A DNA stretch of 64,000 nucleotides from Squalus acanthias (Eukaryota). The stretch covers positions 136,030,001-136,094,000 of the forward strand of contig CM059431.1 in assembly GCA_030390025.1 (NCBI GenBank), in the 5' to 3' direction. Positions within the stretch are counted from its first letter, which is position 1. Every line of letters begins with the position of its first letter. Of the stretch, positions 1 through 11,251 are shown one piece after another. The position numbers and the translations under genes are program-made. The notes beneath the pieces are model-generated. The model worked only from the letters and a program-made list of their open reading frames with translations. It ran no database searches and had not been told where the DNA came from.

Positions 1-530
1 TGAGTGAGTGTGACTGATTGACTGAGTGCTTTTGACTGAGTAAGTGAGTGATTGTGACTGACTGAGTGAGTGAGAGTTAGTGTCTGTGACTGAGTGTTTG
101 TGACTGAGTGACTGTGACTGAATGAGTGTAACTGAGTGAGTGACTGTGACTGAGTGAGTGTGACTGATTGAGTGACTGTGACTGAGTGAGTGTGACTCCA
201 TGAGTGTGACTGAGTGATTGTCTGTGGCTGAATGACTGTGATGGTGTGAGTGTGCCTGAGTGAGTGAGTGTGACTGAGTGAGTGTGTCAGAGTGAGTGAG
301 TCTGAATGAGTGTGACTGAGTGAGTGAATGTGACTGGCTGAGTGAGTGAGAGTAAGTGAGTGTGACTGAATGAGTGTTTGTGACTGAGTGACTGTGACTA
401 AATGAGTGTGACTGAGTGAGTGAGTGTGACTGAATGAGTGTGACAGAGTGACTGAGTGAGTGTAAGTGAGTGAGTGTGACTGAGTGAATGTGACTCCATG
501 ATTGTAACTGAGTGAGTGAGAGTGACTGAG
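1..530. repeat. Degenerate (TGAG/TGAC/TG)n simple repeat
   Basis: Low-complexity run of tgag/tgac/tgtg units read directly from the sequence. Confidence 0.95.
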
Positions 531-754
531 TAGAATCATAGAATCCTAGAAAGTTACAGCACGGAAGGAAGCCATTTCAGCCCATCGTGTCCACGCCGGC
601 CAACAAAGAGCTATCCAGCCTAATCCCACTTCCCAGCTCTTGGTCCATAGCCCTGCAGGTTAGAGCATCCCAAGTGCACATCCAAGTACTTTTTAAATGT
701 GGTTAGGGTTCCTGCCTCTACCACCCTTTCAGGCAGTGCGTTCCAGACCCCCAC
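531..754 (-). mobile_element. CR1 LINE 3' fragment, interrupted by the foamy-like provirus
   Basis: Nearly the same sequence as the CR1 3' end at 63662-63878 (tagaatcatagaa...ccagacccccac). Similarity stops abruptly at 754, where TGTAAAGG begins. Confidence 0.85.
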
Positions 755-2212
755 TGTAAAGGAATGAGCCATATTTCAAAAAAATACACCATCCTATGAA
801 CAGAATTCTAGCTTTATTAAAATATGACAAACTAGGGTTTATAAATCTAAAAGCCTCAACAACACAGGCTGCAAACAGAACACAGGCTTCTGAGATAAGA
901 TCAGTTGTTAACAAAAGTTGTAAACACCATACAAGCTTTGAAATGGGAATTGATTGTAAATACTGAGACAATGGCCTCATTGAAACAGAGGGTTGTAGGT
1001 TCCAAGGAGTCTGCAGTTTGGAACCAACACATTAGCAATGCCCAAGTAAAGTGTTAAAAAATAACACTTCGAACAGGAACACAGAATATTAAAAAACCAT
1101 GTGCCTTTGATAAAAGTAACGTCAAATGAAACAGGATACACGATTATATATATAACCAACTAAGATGGCTAGGAAAACAAACACCCTGGTTGAAGTGGTT
1201 TTGATATACATATTGTAAAAGGTACACAACAGAACACTTTGAAAATATTACATCAATAGATGACACCAAGCAATCACATTGTGTTTGTATAGAAAATGGA
1301 ATAGTTAGGAGACACGACGTCTGCTAATAACCAGTTAAGCCAATATTAAGAATTGAATGGAAGACCTTCGATAAGAATGGCATCAAAGAGATAAATCTGT
1401 TGTAGCCATTTTATGATAGGTTTTGAAACACCTAAAGGTAGAGTCAGAAGTCTGAAAGTTAACAGCTAAATTGACAGTAAGAATAGAAAAACGTCAACAG
1501 AAAGGATGACCAGAGATAATTAGCTTACATCAGCAGAAAACTTCAAAGAATATACCACTAAAAAAAGGTATAAAAATAGAGCTTTTCAGATAGAAAGTCA
1601 GAAGTCGCTAGAAGGGCAAGCGATTCTCAACTTCAGAGGCAGGCTCTGTAAGTTTTTAACTCTTTGAGTCTCGGGGATCAAAAGGTACTTTTATTGGATT
1701 TTGGTGGATATTCTGGATTAAGAATAAGTAGAAGTGTGGAAATGTAACGAAGTTAAGATTTGAGAATAAGGATCTCTGATAAGAAATGTAAGCTATTTGT
1801 ATTTTGAACTGTTAAAGTTGCGATTGAATCAACAACTGTTAGCTGAATGTCGGTTCTGTAATAAATCTATATATTTTTTAGAATTGTCACAGAGTATTTC
1901 TGTATCAATCTCGTGAACTCAATCTCTGTACACTCTTTTGTGAGGAGTTGCAGAATTCTGGGGGGGGGTTTACGGACCCTCTTAATATCCAGAAGGTTGC
2001 AGTCTAGTTAAACTTATTAAAAGTGCTATCCGGAGGACGGTAACATCTTCAGGCCATTTCTTTCCTTTAGGGAGAGGTAGTCTGACCTTTAGACCCAATT
2101 AAGCATCTTATGGGATTCAGCTATCTCTAACTTTAGTTGAAGGGGAACGTCTGGGGAATACGCCTGATCTGGGGTAGCCCAAGAAGAGCTAGGACTTGTA
2201 ATTATCCCTTCA
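755..2212 (+). repeat. 5' LTR of foamy-like provirus (left boundary inferred)
   Basis: Starts with TG exactly where the CR1 breaks and ends ...cccttCA 2 nt before the PBS. TATAAAA near 1569 and AATAAA at 1860. The 3' part is duplicated at 12500-12799. Confidence 0.65.
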
Positions 2213-2214
2213 GT

Positions 2215-2232
2215 TGGCGCCCAATGTGTGTG
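2215..2232 (+). promoter_or_regulatory. Primer-binding site, tRNA-Lys(1,2)-like
   Basis: TGGCGCCCAATGTG resembles the foamy-virus PBS TGGCGCCCAACGTGGGGC. Confidence 0.8.
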
Positions 2233-3038
2233 TTAACGAGTTGATACAGAACCTATACTTATATTTATATCTATATCCATCTTGTAGATTGTTAAGTATA
2301 GAAGGAGTGTATGCTGACAGTGGTACTAAGACCCAGATTTAAGTTTCTAGAGATGACAAGTCCCTGATCAGGCCTTGTAGAACCTAAATCAGAACTCATA
2401 CCATTGAGGTCTAGAAATTTCTTATAAAGTTCATATTAAACCCTAACCGAGGTTATGTCCTGACGAAATGGCAAACTCTGCAGGAATTGGCCAAGTCTTT
2501 TTATTAGAAAATTTAAACAATTGCTTTATTAGGGGAAATAAACCTATCCCTGTACCTCCACCAAACCAAGTGATAATTTTTGAAATAGAAGACTTTGATG
2601 CCGAAGGAGCCGTTAGAACTCATGGCACGATTAATGTTGATCCCCAGAACCAGGGGATACAGAATATCCAGAGGGATAATCAAACAAATACTCCAAATCC
2701 AATAAATTCCTTAATGATAAGGTGCACACCTGCACAATTGGGAGGCCTAATGAATGGTGCCCAACAAGGTGGTGGCAACCATGGCCGAATAGCAAGACCC
2801 AGCGCAGCCTATGCTCCTGGGGGCCATGGATTCCGGTTAAGGTGGCAAACTCATGATGAAATAAATAACAACAATCTTAGAGAAAACTATAGACAGCTTA
2901 GAATTCATTATAATCAATGCCGACAGGCACTAGCTCACTCTTATCTAAATGCTGGAGGTGCAATGATTAATGGTCCAGTAAACCAACCCCAGCAACCACA
3001 AATTGCGCCCCTAGGTCAAGTAAACCTGAGCTCTATCT

Positions 3039-3816
3039 ACACATTGGCCCACAAATTCGGGTCGGAGGCTTCCCGCGGGTGCAAGCATAGCGGGTGCACT
3101 TACATAGCGCGCCTGCCGTTGTGCTTTGGGCCCGCGTGGGATTCCGATCCTGGGCCTCCTCCAGCTGCCGGTGTGCAGTGCTCGCATATCCCAGCGGCGC
3201 AAATAGTTCGCACCGTCCCCTGGGATCATGTGGGCCATGGGGAGCCAATCGGAGCAGGGAATCTCCATTCATAGATTTGACAGGAAGACCTGTCAAATCT
3301 ATGAATAGAGATCGGCCCCAAAACCTAAGTAAAACTTCAAATAATTTTTTTTTTAAAAATCACATTTTTAAAATAACTATAAATTACATAAATTAACTAT
3401 TTTAAACAAAAATTTAAATTTTTGAAAAAATGTATTAAAGTTTTTAACGAGGCTAAAAATAAACTTAGCTTTCTTTAATGTATTTAAAAATGATAAACCT
3501 GTGGAAAAAAGTTTCAATTTTTCTTAATTCACCTCTTACCTTGTTAAAAGCAGGCCTTGCGCCTGCTTTTTCCACGTGCAGCTGCTAGGGACTTACCCGC
3601 ACGGAGAAACTTGTAAAAAAAGTGGAAGTTCGATGCGTACGCGCTGCCTCTCCCACGCACGCGGTTGACCCAAGAACCCCTTCTTTCAACAGACCGGAAG
3701 TTCTGGTTTCCCGTGCATGCGCAGTGCATGCGCGAAACTGGCACTTCCGGTGGCCCTACGGGTGCGTACACAGCGCGTACTCACCCGTGGGGACCCGATT
3801 TTCTGGGCCAATGTGT
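3039..3816. mobile_element. MITE-like non-autonomous DNA element inserted in gag
   Basis: ~25-bp terminal inverted repeats (acacattggcccacaaattcgggtc / gacccgattttctgggccaatgtgt), an AT-rich core and an internal 18-bp perfect hairpin at 3267-3306. Confidence 0.75.
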
Positions 3817-4288
3817 GGTAGACCGGGAAACACCAGCCAGGAAAAAACCTGCTGGATTCTAACTAACCTTGATAAATTGGAAACCTGTTGCCAAGATTGG
3901 AATGTTCAACACCTGAGGCAACTACTGCAAATGATACTAAGTTCAGACTTAATTTCCCCATTAAACCAGTGTAACAACTGGGTTCAAATATACGCTTATG
4001 TTCTCACGGCAACTCAGGGAGGGCATGTAATGGGTTCCATCAAGGAAATACTCACTAATACAGCCTCAACTAAAGGGCTGGTAGCTGCCTACAGATTAGA
4101 CAAAGTACTTACACAGGATAATTGAGACATTGTCCATGGTTGCCTGGCCAATCAATACCAAAATACAGCCCTCAAACTTGCCTGTGAGGGTGCGCTAAAC
4201 GATTATCGAGATAACCAACAAAGATGGGAGAATATCAATCGCATTATCCAATTAAATCATGACCTCTTAGGTCTACCCCAAACTAAAC

Positions 4289-4993
4289 CAGTCACTGAAG
4301 GCAAGCATGCAGGTGCAACAGGCGGTCAAGAAGGCAAACGGTATGCTGGCCTTCATAGCAAAAGGGTTGGAATACAGGAACAGGGATACCTTGCTGCAGC
4401 TGTACAGGGCACTGGTGAGACCACACCTCGAGTACTGTGTACAGTTTTGGTCGCCTCATCTGAGGAAAGATGTTCTTGCCATGGAGGGGGTGCAGCGGCG
4501 ATTCACCAGGCTGATACCAGGAATGGCGGGATTGACCTATGAGGAGAGACTATGTAGTTTAGGGATGTACACACTGGAGTTTAGAAGATTGAGAGGGGAC
4601 CTCATAGAAGTGTATAAAATTCTGACAGGTCTAGACAGACTAGATGCAGAAGGAATGTTTCCCTTGGCGGGTGAGAACAGAACTAGAGGACATAATTTAA
4701 GGATAAGGGCTAAACCATTTAGGACAGAAATGAGGGGAAATTTCTTCACTCAAAGAGTGGTGAACCTGTGGAACTCATTGCCACAGAGGGCAGTGTACGC
4801 CAGCTCATTAAATATATTTAAGAGGGAATTAGATATATTTCTACAGGCAAAAGGGGTTAAGGGTTACGGAGAGAAGGCGGGGACGGGATACTGAATTGGA
4901 GGATCAGCCATGATCACATTAAATGGCGGAGCAGGCTCGAAGGGCCGGATGGCCTACTCCTGCTCCTATCTTCTATGTATCTATGTATCTATG
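4289..4993 (+). mobile_element. 5'-truncated CR1 LINE (ORF2 C-terminus, 3'UTR and tail) inserted in gag
   Basis: ORF 4307-4894 with LVRPHLEYCVQFWSP...FTQRVVNLWNSLP; (TATCTATG)n tail. Confidence 0.95.
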
Positions 4994-7293
4994 TACAATA
5001 CGAGAAAGATTTCTCCACAGAAAGATGGGATAGACGAGGGGCTAGACCTCGAAAGGAAAGCGAAGGACAGTGGACTCCCTATGGGGACAGCTTTTACACT
5101 GGCCAAAACTATCAAAGAGTCATGGGAGGATATCGGGAAAACCGATATGGGGATCAAAAAGATTCCCGGCAGAACCAACGTCCACCTCAACAGGAGGATC
5201 GTCAAGATAATAAACGGACCGACAAAACCCCTCAGGGATCTGGAAAACGTGAAACCCCCAAGAGGGAGGAACAAAAATCAGTAAAAATAATTAAAGATAA
5301 AGAAGCAAGTGAAACTCAGGATTCTGAGGATGAACAATCCCAGGATTGAAGGCCTGGCACGCAGCCAGGGCCTCTTGAATTCCCCTATGCCTTGGCAACC
5401 TTGCCCACAAACACACAAGTGAAGGCCCTGTTTGATACGGGAGCTGATTACACTGTAATAGATCCTGCAATTATAAAAACTAACTGGACAGATTTGGGGA
5501 GCCCAATTTGTAAAAGACCATTAGGGGGATTTACACAAGACAAAATCAAAATAATTAATTTTTACAAAATACCTATTACTATATATGGAATCACGGTGAC
5601 CCTAGATGTAGGACTGGTAACACAATTGGCCTGTTCCCTCATTATAGGACAACCAGACATGAAACATTACCTTAAAATCTCAACCAAACCTGTAAAAGCA
5701 TCCACAGACCAGGATGACAGGGAAAAACACGTTCGAACACAGCTTGATCAAACTTGCCTAAAGGGGGGAGGCAAAGACCTCCTCGAGCAACTCATTAAAA
5801 AATACTATCCTTATCTACAACGCCATCCAAATCAATGTGGAAAGATAGAGCATCTCCCCATCATGGAGGATGATGATACGGAGGAGGGAATCAGACAAAT
5901 ACTTATGAGACCGCTTACAGAATACCATCAAGTTATTTACTGTGATGGAACGTCAATGACGATTAAAAAAGGGACATCCCAACAATCCTCAGCTGGGATG
6001 GGGATAGTAGTAGGGACTTTTTGAAATTCCAGAAGAATTACTGTCTAGACCCCTTGGCCATAAGACAGCGCAATATGCTGAAGCCGCAGCATTACGGTAT
6101 GCTTTAGAGAAGGCAGACCCTATTAAACCCACACTGTGGGGAAAAATTCTCAGTTCGAGGATGGAGAAACAGAATTGTCAGGTGATTCATGTAAACGGGC
6201 ATACCACTGGGACAGTACACTCAATAGGAAACAGCCTTGCAGATGAACAAGCAAAACATTCGGTCTGCATGACACCCCCTCGAGAGGGGCCTGCCAATGT
6301 AATCACTAGGGTAGAATGGGCAGCTAATCAGGATGAGGAACTGATTCAGCTATTAGACCCAATAACAGAGAATCCACCAGAATATCCACCAAAGTACTTT
6401 TACTCGGAAACCCCTATGGGTATTGTACTAGTTAAGTTGCCCAAGGGAAGCCAAGAAGTACCCCCGAGCCACAAACGAGAACAGCTTGTAAAAGAAGCTC
6501 ACAAGGGCATAAGTCAAGCACATTGTGGTGCCAGAACAACATTCTGCAAATTGACCCCCTTATATTGGTGGCCAGGCATGCTTAGAGCCTGTAAAACATA
6601 CGTGGCAAATTGTGAGGCATGCTATTTTACCAGTAAGTCATCACTAAATTAAGCCACCACCATTGGCTCCTGTGAAAGCTGATGAGCCAATGGGAAAATT
6701 CTTTATTGACTTTTTTGTACCACTTTCCCCATCTTTGGGATATAGACATGTTCTCGTTTGTGTGCATGGATGCACTTCCTTCTGCTGGCTGGTCCCCACA
6801 AAAACTGTTTCAGAAAACGCACTTGCCAGGGCTATTTCTGATATAATTACTGTAGCTGGTGCACCCAAAATCTTACACACCGTTAAAGGCGGAGCCTTTG
6901 TATCCAAGGTCTTCAAAGACTACTGCGAACAAAGGGGGATTGGCTTAGAGCACAGCACGCCACGTCATCCGCAATCAGCGGGACTGGTGGAATGTAAAAA
7001 CCAGGAAGTAATAAAGTTATTGGTCAAACTGTTGAGAATCAGTGGGAATAAGTGGACCACCATCATTCCGGAAGTACAGCTTGTCGTAAGAATGAGCCTT
7101 ACGTGTGGTGAACTTAAAGTAAGCTTTAATCAACTAAAAAGGTGCTACATACAAAAGAGGTCTTACTCTATGCCTCTCCAGGATCCAACTGCTCAGTCCA
7201 GTATTTATCCTGGACTAATCACAGGAAGTGATGCAATAAAGTTCGAGTCACAGGAAGCTGTATTGTGTTACCACATTCTCCCCCCCCAAAAGA

Positions 7294-8997
7294 TTAGGAG
7301 GCCGGGATGCTCCCTCCATTTCGTAGCCGCCGGACAAGGGAGAGCCGCACCCGTTTGGGTTCTCGTAGCGGTAGAGGGCCCCTAGCCCGTTTACCCGCCG
7401 CGGGCCGTGGACCAGAGTCCGAGTGATCCAGCCCGCTCTGTGAGGGGTCAGGACGATCCTGACTGTGTACTGGTGCCCGAACGGGTGTCGGGCAGGGCTG
7501 TGGCAGATCCGTTTCCGAGCGTATGGTACGGGGTGGATCGTGGCTGCGCGTGCGAGCCCCGACGGGCTCATAGTCAGTCTGCCCCAGGTCGGCACGCTGG
7601 AGTGAGGTACCAGCCGGCGTCAGATCCAGAGCGTGAGGAGAGGCACCTGGCGAGCCCAGAGATGTGCCTGGTACAATATCATCCCCTGGTGTCCCTCTAT
7701 GTTTCGGCGGGCAGGGAGCCAGATCCCGCAATGACACGGTAGATTCCCGACCGTCAGGATACCGAATATAGGCGTAGGTAGGGTTGACGTCAGTGAGCTC
7801 AACCTCATCTACCAGGGGGTCATTCTTAGACGCCCGGACATATCTTCGGAGTAGCACTGGTCCCGGTGCAGTCAGCCACGACGGGAGAGATATCCCATAG
7901 GATGAGCGACGCTGAAATCGGAAGAACCGTTCATGAGGCGTCGTATTTGTGGCGGTCGAAAGGAGGGACCGTGTGGAGTGTAATGCGTCTGGAAGTACTG
8001 CTTCCCATTGCTGGTTGGGTAGGCCCCGAGATCTCAAAGCCAGACGTACCGCATTCCAGATGATAGCGTTAAAACGCTCGACTTGCCCATTCCCGACCGG
8101 ATGATAAGGCGTCGTTCTGCTGGCAGCAATACCCCGTTCCGAGAGATAGGCCTTGAGTTCTCCTGACATAAAAGAAGGGCCCCGGTCCGAATGAACATAG
8201 GATGCCATGCCACAGAAAGCAAATACCTGCTCAAGGCAGCTGATAACCGTGGTCGTCAGCATATTGGGGCAGGGAAAGGCAAACGGAAAACGGGAATACT
8301 CATCGACCATGGTCAATAGATAAGTGTTGCGAGTTGAAGAGGGCAACGGCCCCTTAAAATCGATGCTAAGCCGTTGCATTGGCTGGGTCGCATGTATGAG
8401 TATACCACCCGAGGGGCGGAAAAACTGAGGTTTCAATTCCGCACAGACTCTGCAGTCCGAGCACATCTTCTTTACATCCCCGGTAGAGAATGGGAGATTT
8501 CGGGACCGCACGAAGTGTAGCATGCGAGTAACGCCCGGATGACACAACCCATCATGGATGTCTACGAGCGTAGAGGGTGCCATGGCGGAGCAGAATGCTC
8601 GTGTAAGGGTATCCGGAGCCACATTCTCCTTGCCAGGTCGATAGTGGATGGTGTAACCAAAAGAGGCCAATTCCAGCCGCCAAAGCTGGATTTTATTATT
8701 TTTAATTTTGGTCCGTTTTCGATTATCGAGCATGAAGGCGACCGATCGCTGGTCCGTGATTAAGGTAAAGTGCTGGCGAGCTAGGAGATGAGTCCACTTC
8801 CGTACTGCCTCTATGATGGCTGTAGCTTCTTTCTCGACTGGAGGATAATGTAGCTCAGCCCCTTGAAAAGTCCTGGACAAAAATGCCACCGGACGACCTT
8901 CCTGATTCAGAGTGGCCGAGATCGCCACCTCCGAGGCATCACACTCAACAACAAAAGGAAGACTCTCATCGATGGAGTGAAGAGCCGCTTTCTCCAA
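7294..8997 (-). CDS. Gypsy RNase H-integrase (3' part of gag-pol, after a 1-nt frameshift)
   Basis: VECDAS...EKEA...TDQ RNase H; H-H-C-C; IDFKGP...HSDRG...GQVER integrase. Confidence 0.9.
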   Translation of the reverse strand: MEKAALHSIDESLPFVVECDASEVAISATLNQEGRPVAFLSRTFQGAELHYPPVEKEATAIIEAVRKWTHLLARQHFTLITDQRSVAFMLDNRKRTKIKNNKIQLWRLELASFGYTIHYRPGKENVAPDTLTRAFCSAMAPSTLVDIHDGLCHPGVTRMLHFVRSRNLPFSTGDVKKMCSDCRVCAELKPQFFRPSGGILIHATQPMQRLSIDFKGPLPSSTRNTYLLTMVDEYSRFPFAFPCPNMLTTTVISCLEQVFAFCGMASYVHSDRGPSFMSGELKAYLSERGIAASRTTPYHPVGNGQVERFNAIIWNAVRLALRSRGLPNQQWEAVLPDALHSTRSLLSTATNTTPHERFFRFQRRSSYGISLPSWLTAPGPVLLRRYVRASKNDPLVDEVELTDVNPTYAYIRYPDGRESTVSLRDLAPCPPKHRGTPGDDIVPGTSLGSPGASPHALDLTPAGTSLQRADLGQTDYEPVGARTRSHDPPRTIRSETDLPQPCPTPVRAPVHSQDRPDPSQSGLDHSDSGPRPAAGKRARGPLPLREPKRVRLSLVRRLRNGGSIPAS

Positions 8998-11251
8998 CTG
9001 TTTTTTTCAGGAGGTTAAAGGCTGCAACAGCCGCTGTGTCTAGTGGGAATGTGCTGGCCTTCAGTAGAGGTTGGATTCGGTCCGAGAAGTTAGGAATCCA
9101 TTTAGCATAGTATGCAAACAGGCCGAGGGCCCGGCGCAAGGAGGCCGGATTCTTAGGTGGCGGGAGTTCTTGGAGTGGGCGAAGCCTTTCAGGGTCAGGT
9201 TTAATGATGCCATTGCCCACACAATAGCCAAGGATGTTGATGGTTGGTTGTGACTCAATGGATTTAGCCGCATTTAATGTCAAATTACGGTGCTGGAGTG
9301 CATCCCAAAATCGTTGGAGATTGGCGTCATGTTCCCGCTGATTGCGACCTGCGACAGTAATATTGTCCAGATAAGGAAACGTATCCTTCAAGTCTTCCTG
9401 TTTGACCAGGTCATCCATTGCTCGCTGGAAGACAGCCACTCCATTAGTGACCCCAAAGGGGAGGCGACGAAATTGATACAGCCGTCCATTGGCTTCAAAG
9501 GCCGTATACTGCTTGTCTGAGACCTTCAAGGGTACCTGATGATAGGCACTTTTCAGATCATATGTTGAGAACACCGTGTACTCAGCCAGTTTATTAACCA
9601 TATCATCGATGCGCGGCAATGGGTATGCGTCCAAGTCCGTATATTGATTGATGGTCTGTGAATAGTCAATGCACAGCCGTTTCTTGTGAGGTTGTAGAGG
9701 GTTCTTAACAATAACGACCTGGGCGCGCCATGGCGACGAACAAGGCTCGATGATATCCTCTGCTAAAAGCCGAGAAATCTCAGCCGCAATAAAAGACTGG
9801 TCTTCCTGACTGAAACGTCGTGACTTTGTTATAATCGGTTTGCATCGAGGAGGGATACTGGTAAACAGTGAGGGTTCATCCAGTGAAGCTGCTGACAATG
9901 CACAGAACGGTAATCGAGGTCGTATATTAGAAATAGTGAGTTCAGGTTTGGATCCGCCGAACTCAATGGTGAGCTTCTTATGCTGCTTTTGAAAATCCAG
10001 CCCTAAGATAAGATCACTACATAAGTCCTTGAGCACCGAAAGCCGGGTGGAGGGATACCTGTGACCATTAAGTGTTATTTCAACCATACAAAAGCCAGAA
10101 ATTCTGGTATTAAGTGATGACTGAGCCATCGCAATTGCCTGGTCCGATGGGAAAACATGTAGCTTTAACTCTGCAACAATCTGTTCCCTAATGAAACTAT
10201 CAGTGCTACCTGAGTCAATTAAGGCATTTAAAGTATGTCCATTAATTGATGCTTTTGTAGCTGCATGGAATAGGTTCTGAGGACAAGCAGCTGTAATTGG
10301 TGTCGTTGCACAAAGAGTGGCTGAAACTCTAGGTGTGTTTCTTCGAGAGAAAACCCGAGAGGAAGCACGATAGATTTTAGCCGGAACATCTTGATAGGCC
10401 CTTACCGGGGCAGTTCGGTAGGACTTAGCTTGATAAGCCCTCGTAGAGGCTCTTGATAGGCAAACCTTTGCAAAATGACCCTTTTTGTTGCAATGACTGC
10501 AAAACGCATTGCGAGCAGGGCAGAATTTCCGAGGGTGAAACTCATCACCACAAAAGAAGCATTTCTTAGATTGCCAAGAGGCTGCCACAGTGGGGTCATC
10601 ATCCTCTTCATCAGTGAAGTCATCAGATTGATCGTCAGGGATAAAGTCCTCCCTAATAGAGTTCACCTGTGGCCTCTTAAATTGCCTGACTGTAGTTAAG
10701 GCAGCAGACCGAGGTCTGGGCACTGTATAAAGGTCTGCATTTCTTTTTGCCAGATCTAGAGAGCAAGCCATGTCATAAGCTCTCTGAAGCTCAAGTGTCT
10801 TACTTTCCAGTAGACGCTGGCGTATAAATGGGGAGGCAAGCCCGCAGATGAAAGCATCACGGATCATTTCTTCACGGTACAGCTCAGCTGAGGCCGCCTG
10901 AAAGTTACAGTCCATACTAAGTCTGCGAAGCTCTTGGAGGAATTTATCAATGGATTCCTCCGGCCCTTGTTCGGCTGTAGCTAGTAGATGTCTGGCATAG
11001 ACCTCATTCGGTGTCTTAGTATATAGTCTTTTAAGCGTCCGAATTGCCTCCTCGTAACTGCCCCATTCCTCAACATACTGAAATACATTCGGAGTGACAC
11101 AGTTGATGAGTATCCGCAACTTTGTGTCATCATCAGCCTTGCAATATTCGAGAAAATTGTCAAACGTGCGATACCAGTGTTTCCACACCTTACCGGCTGC
11201 TGGGGTGTTTGGGTCCAAGTCAAGACGCGATGGTTTAAGGATGTTTTCCAT
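8966..11251 (-). CDS. Gypsy Gag-PR-RT (5' part of gag-pol)
   Basis: Two Cys/His knuckles (CFFCGDEFHPRKFC, CSHCNKKGHFAKVC), LIDSGS protease, RLCIDY...YPLP...LPFG...YLDN reverse transcriptase. Confidence 0.9.
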   Translation of the reverse strand: MENILKPSRLDLDPNTPAAGKVWKHWYRTFDNFLEYCKADDDTKLRILINCVTPNVFQYVEEWGSYEEAIRTLKRLYTKTPNEVYARHLLATAEQGPEESIDKFLQELRRLSMDCNFQAASAELYREEMIRDAFICGLASPFIRQRLLESKTLELQRAYDMACSLDLAKRNADLYTVPRPRSAALTTVRQFKRPQVNSIREDFIPDDQSDDFTDEEDDDPTVAASWQSKKCFFCGDEFHPRKFCPARNAFCSHCNKKGHFAKVCLSRASTRAYQAKSYRTAPVRAYQDVPAKIYRASSRVFSRRNTPRVSATLCATTPITAACPQNLFHAATKASINGHTLNALIDSGSTDSFIREQIVAELKLHVFPSDQAIAMAQSSLNTRISGFCMVEITLNGHRYPSTRLSVLKDLCSDLILGLDFQKQHKKLTIEFGGSKPELTISNIRPRLPFCALSAASLDEPSLFTSIPPRCKPIITKSRRFSQEDQSFIAAEISRLLAEDIIEPCSSPWRAQVVIVKNPLQPHKKRLCIDYSQTINQYTDLDAYPLPRIDDMVNKLAEYTVFSTYDLKSAYHQVPLKVSDKQYTAFEANGRLYQFRRLPFGVTNGVAVFQRAMDDLVKQEDLKDTFPYLDNITVAGRNQREHDANLQRFWDALQHRNLTLNAAKSIESQPTINILGYCVGNGIIKPDPERLRPLQELPPPKNPASLRRALGLFAYYAKWIPNFSDRIQPLLKASTFPLDTAAVAAFNLLKKTVGESGSSLHR

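Larger units (their letters stand above)
2468..5349 (+). pseudogene. gag: Foamy-like gag, interrupted by a MITE and a CR1
   Basis: N-terminal ORF from 2468. Segment 3850-4280 (QCNNW...TQGGHVM...GLVAAYRL...DN*DIVHG...DLLGL) aligns by eye with foamy Gag capsid. R/Q/G-rich C-terminus at 4995-5349, with no zinc knuckle. Confidence 0.75.

Noticed and set aside
6663..7385. 240-aa integrase ORF as a complete protein
   Set aside because: After IPEVQL it reads into the inserted Gypsy LTR; the real integrase resumes at 11529.
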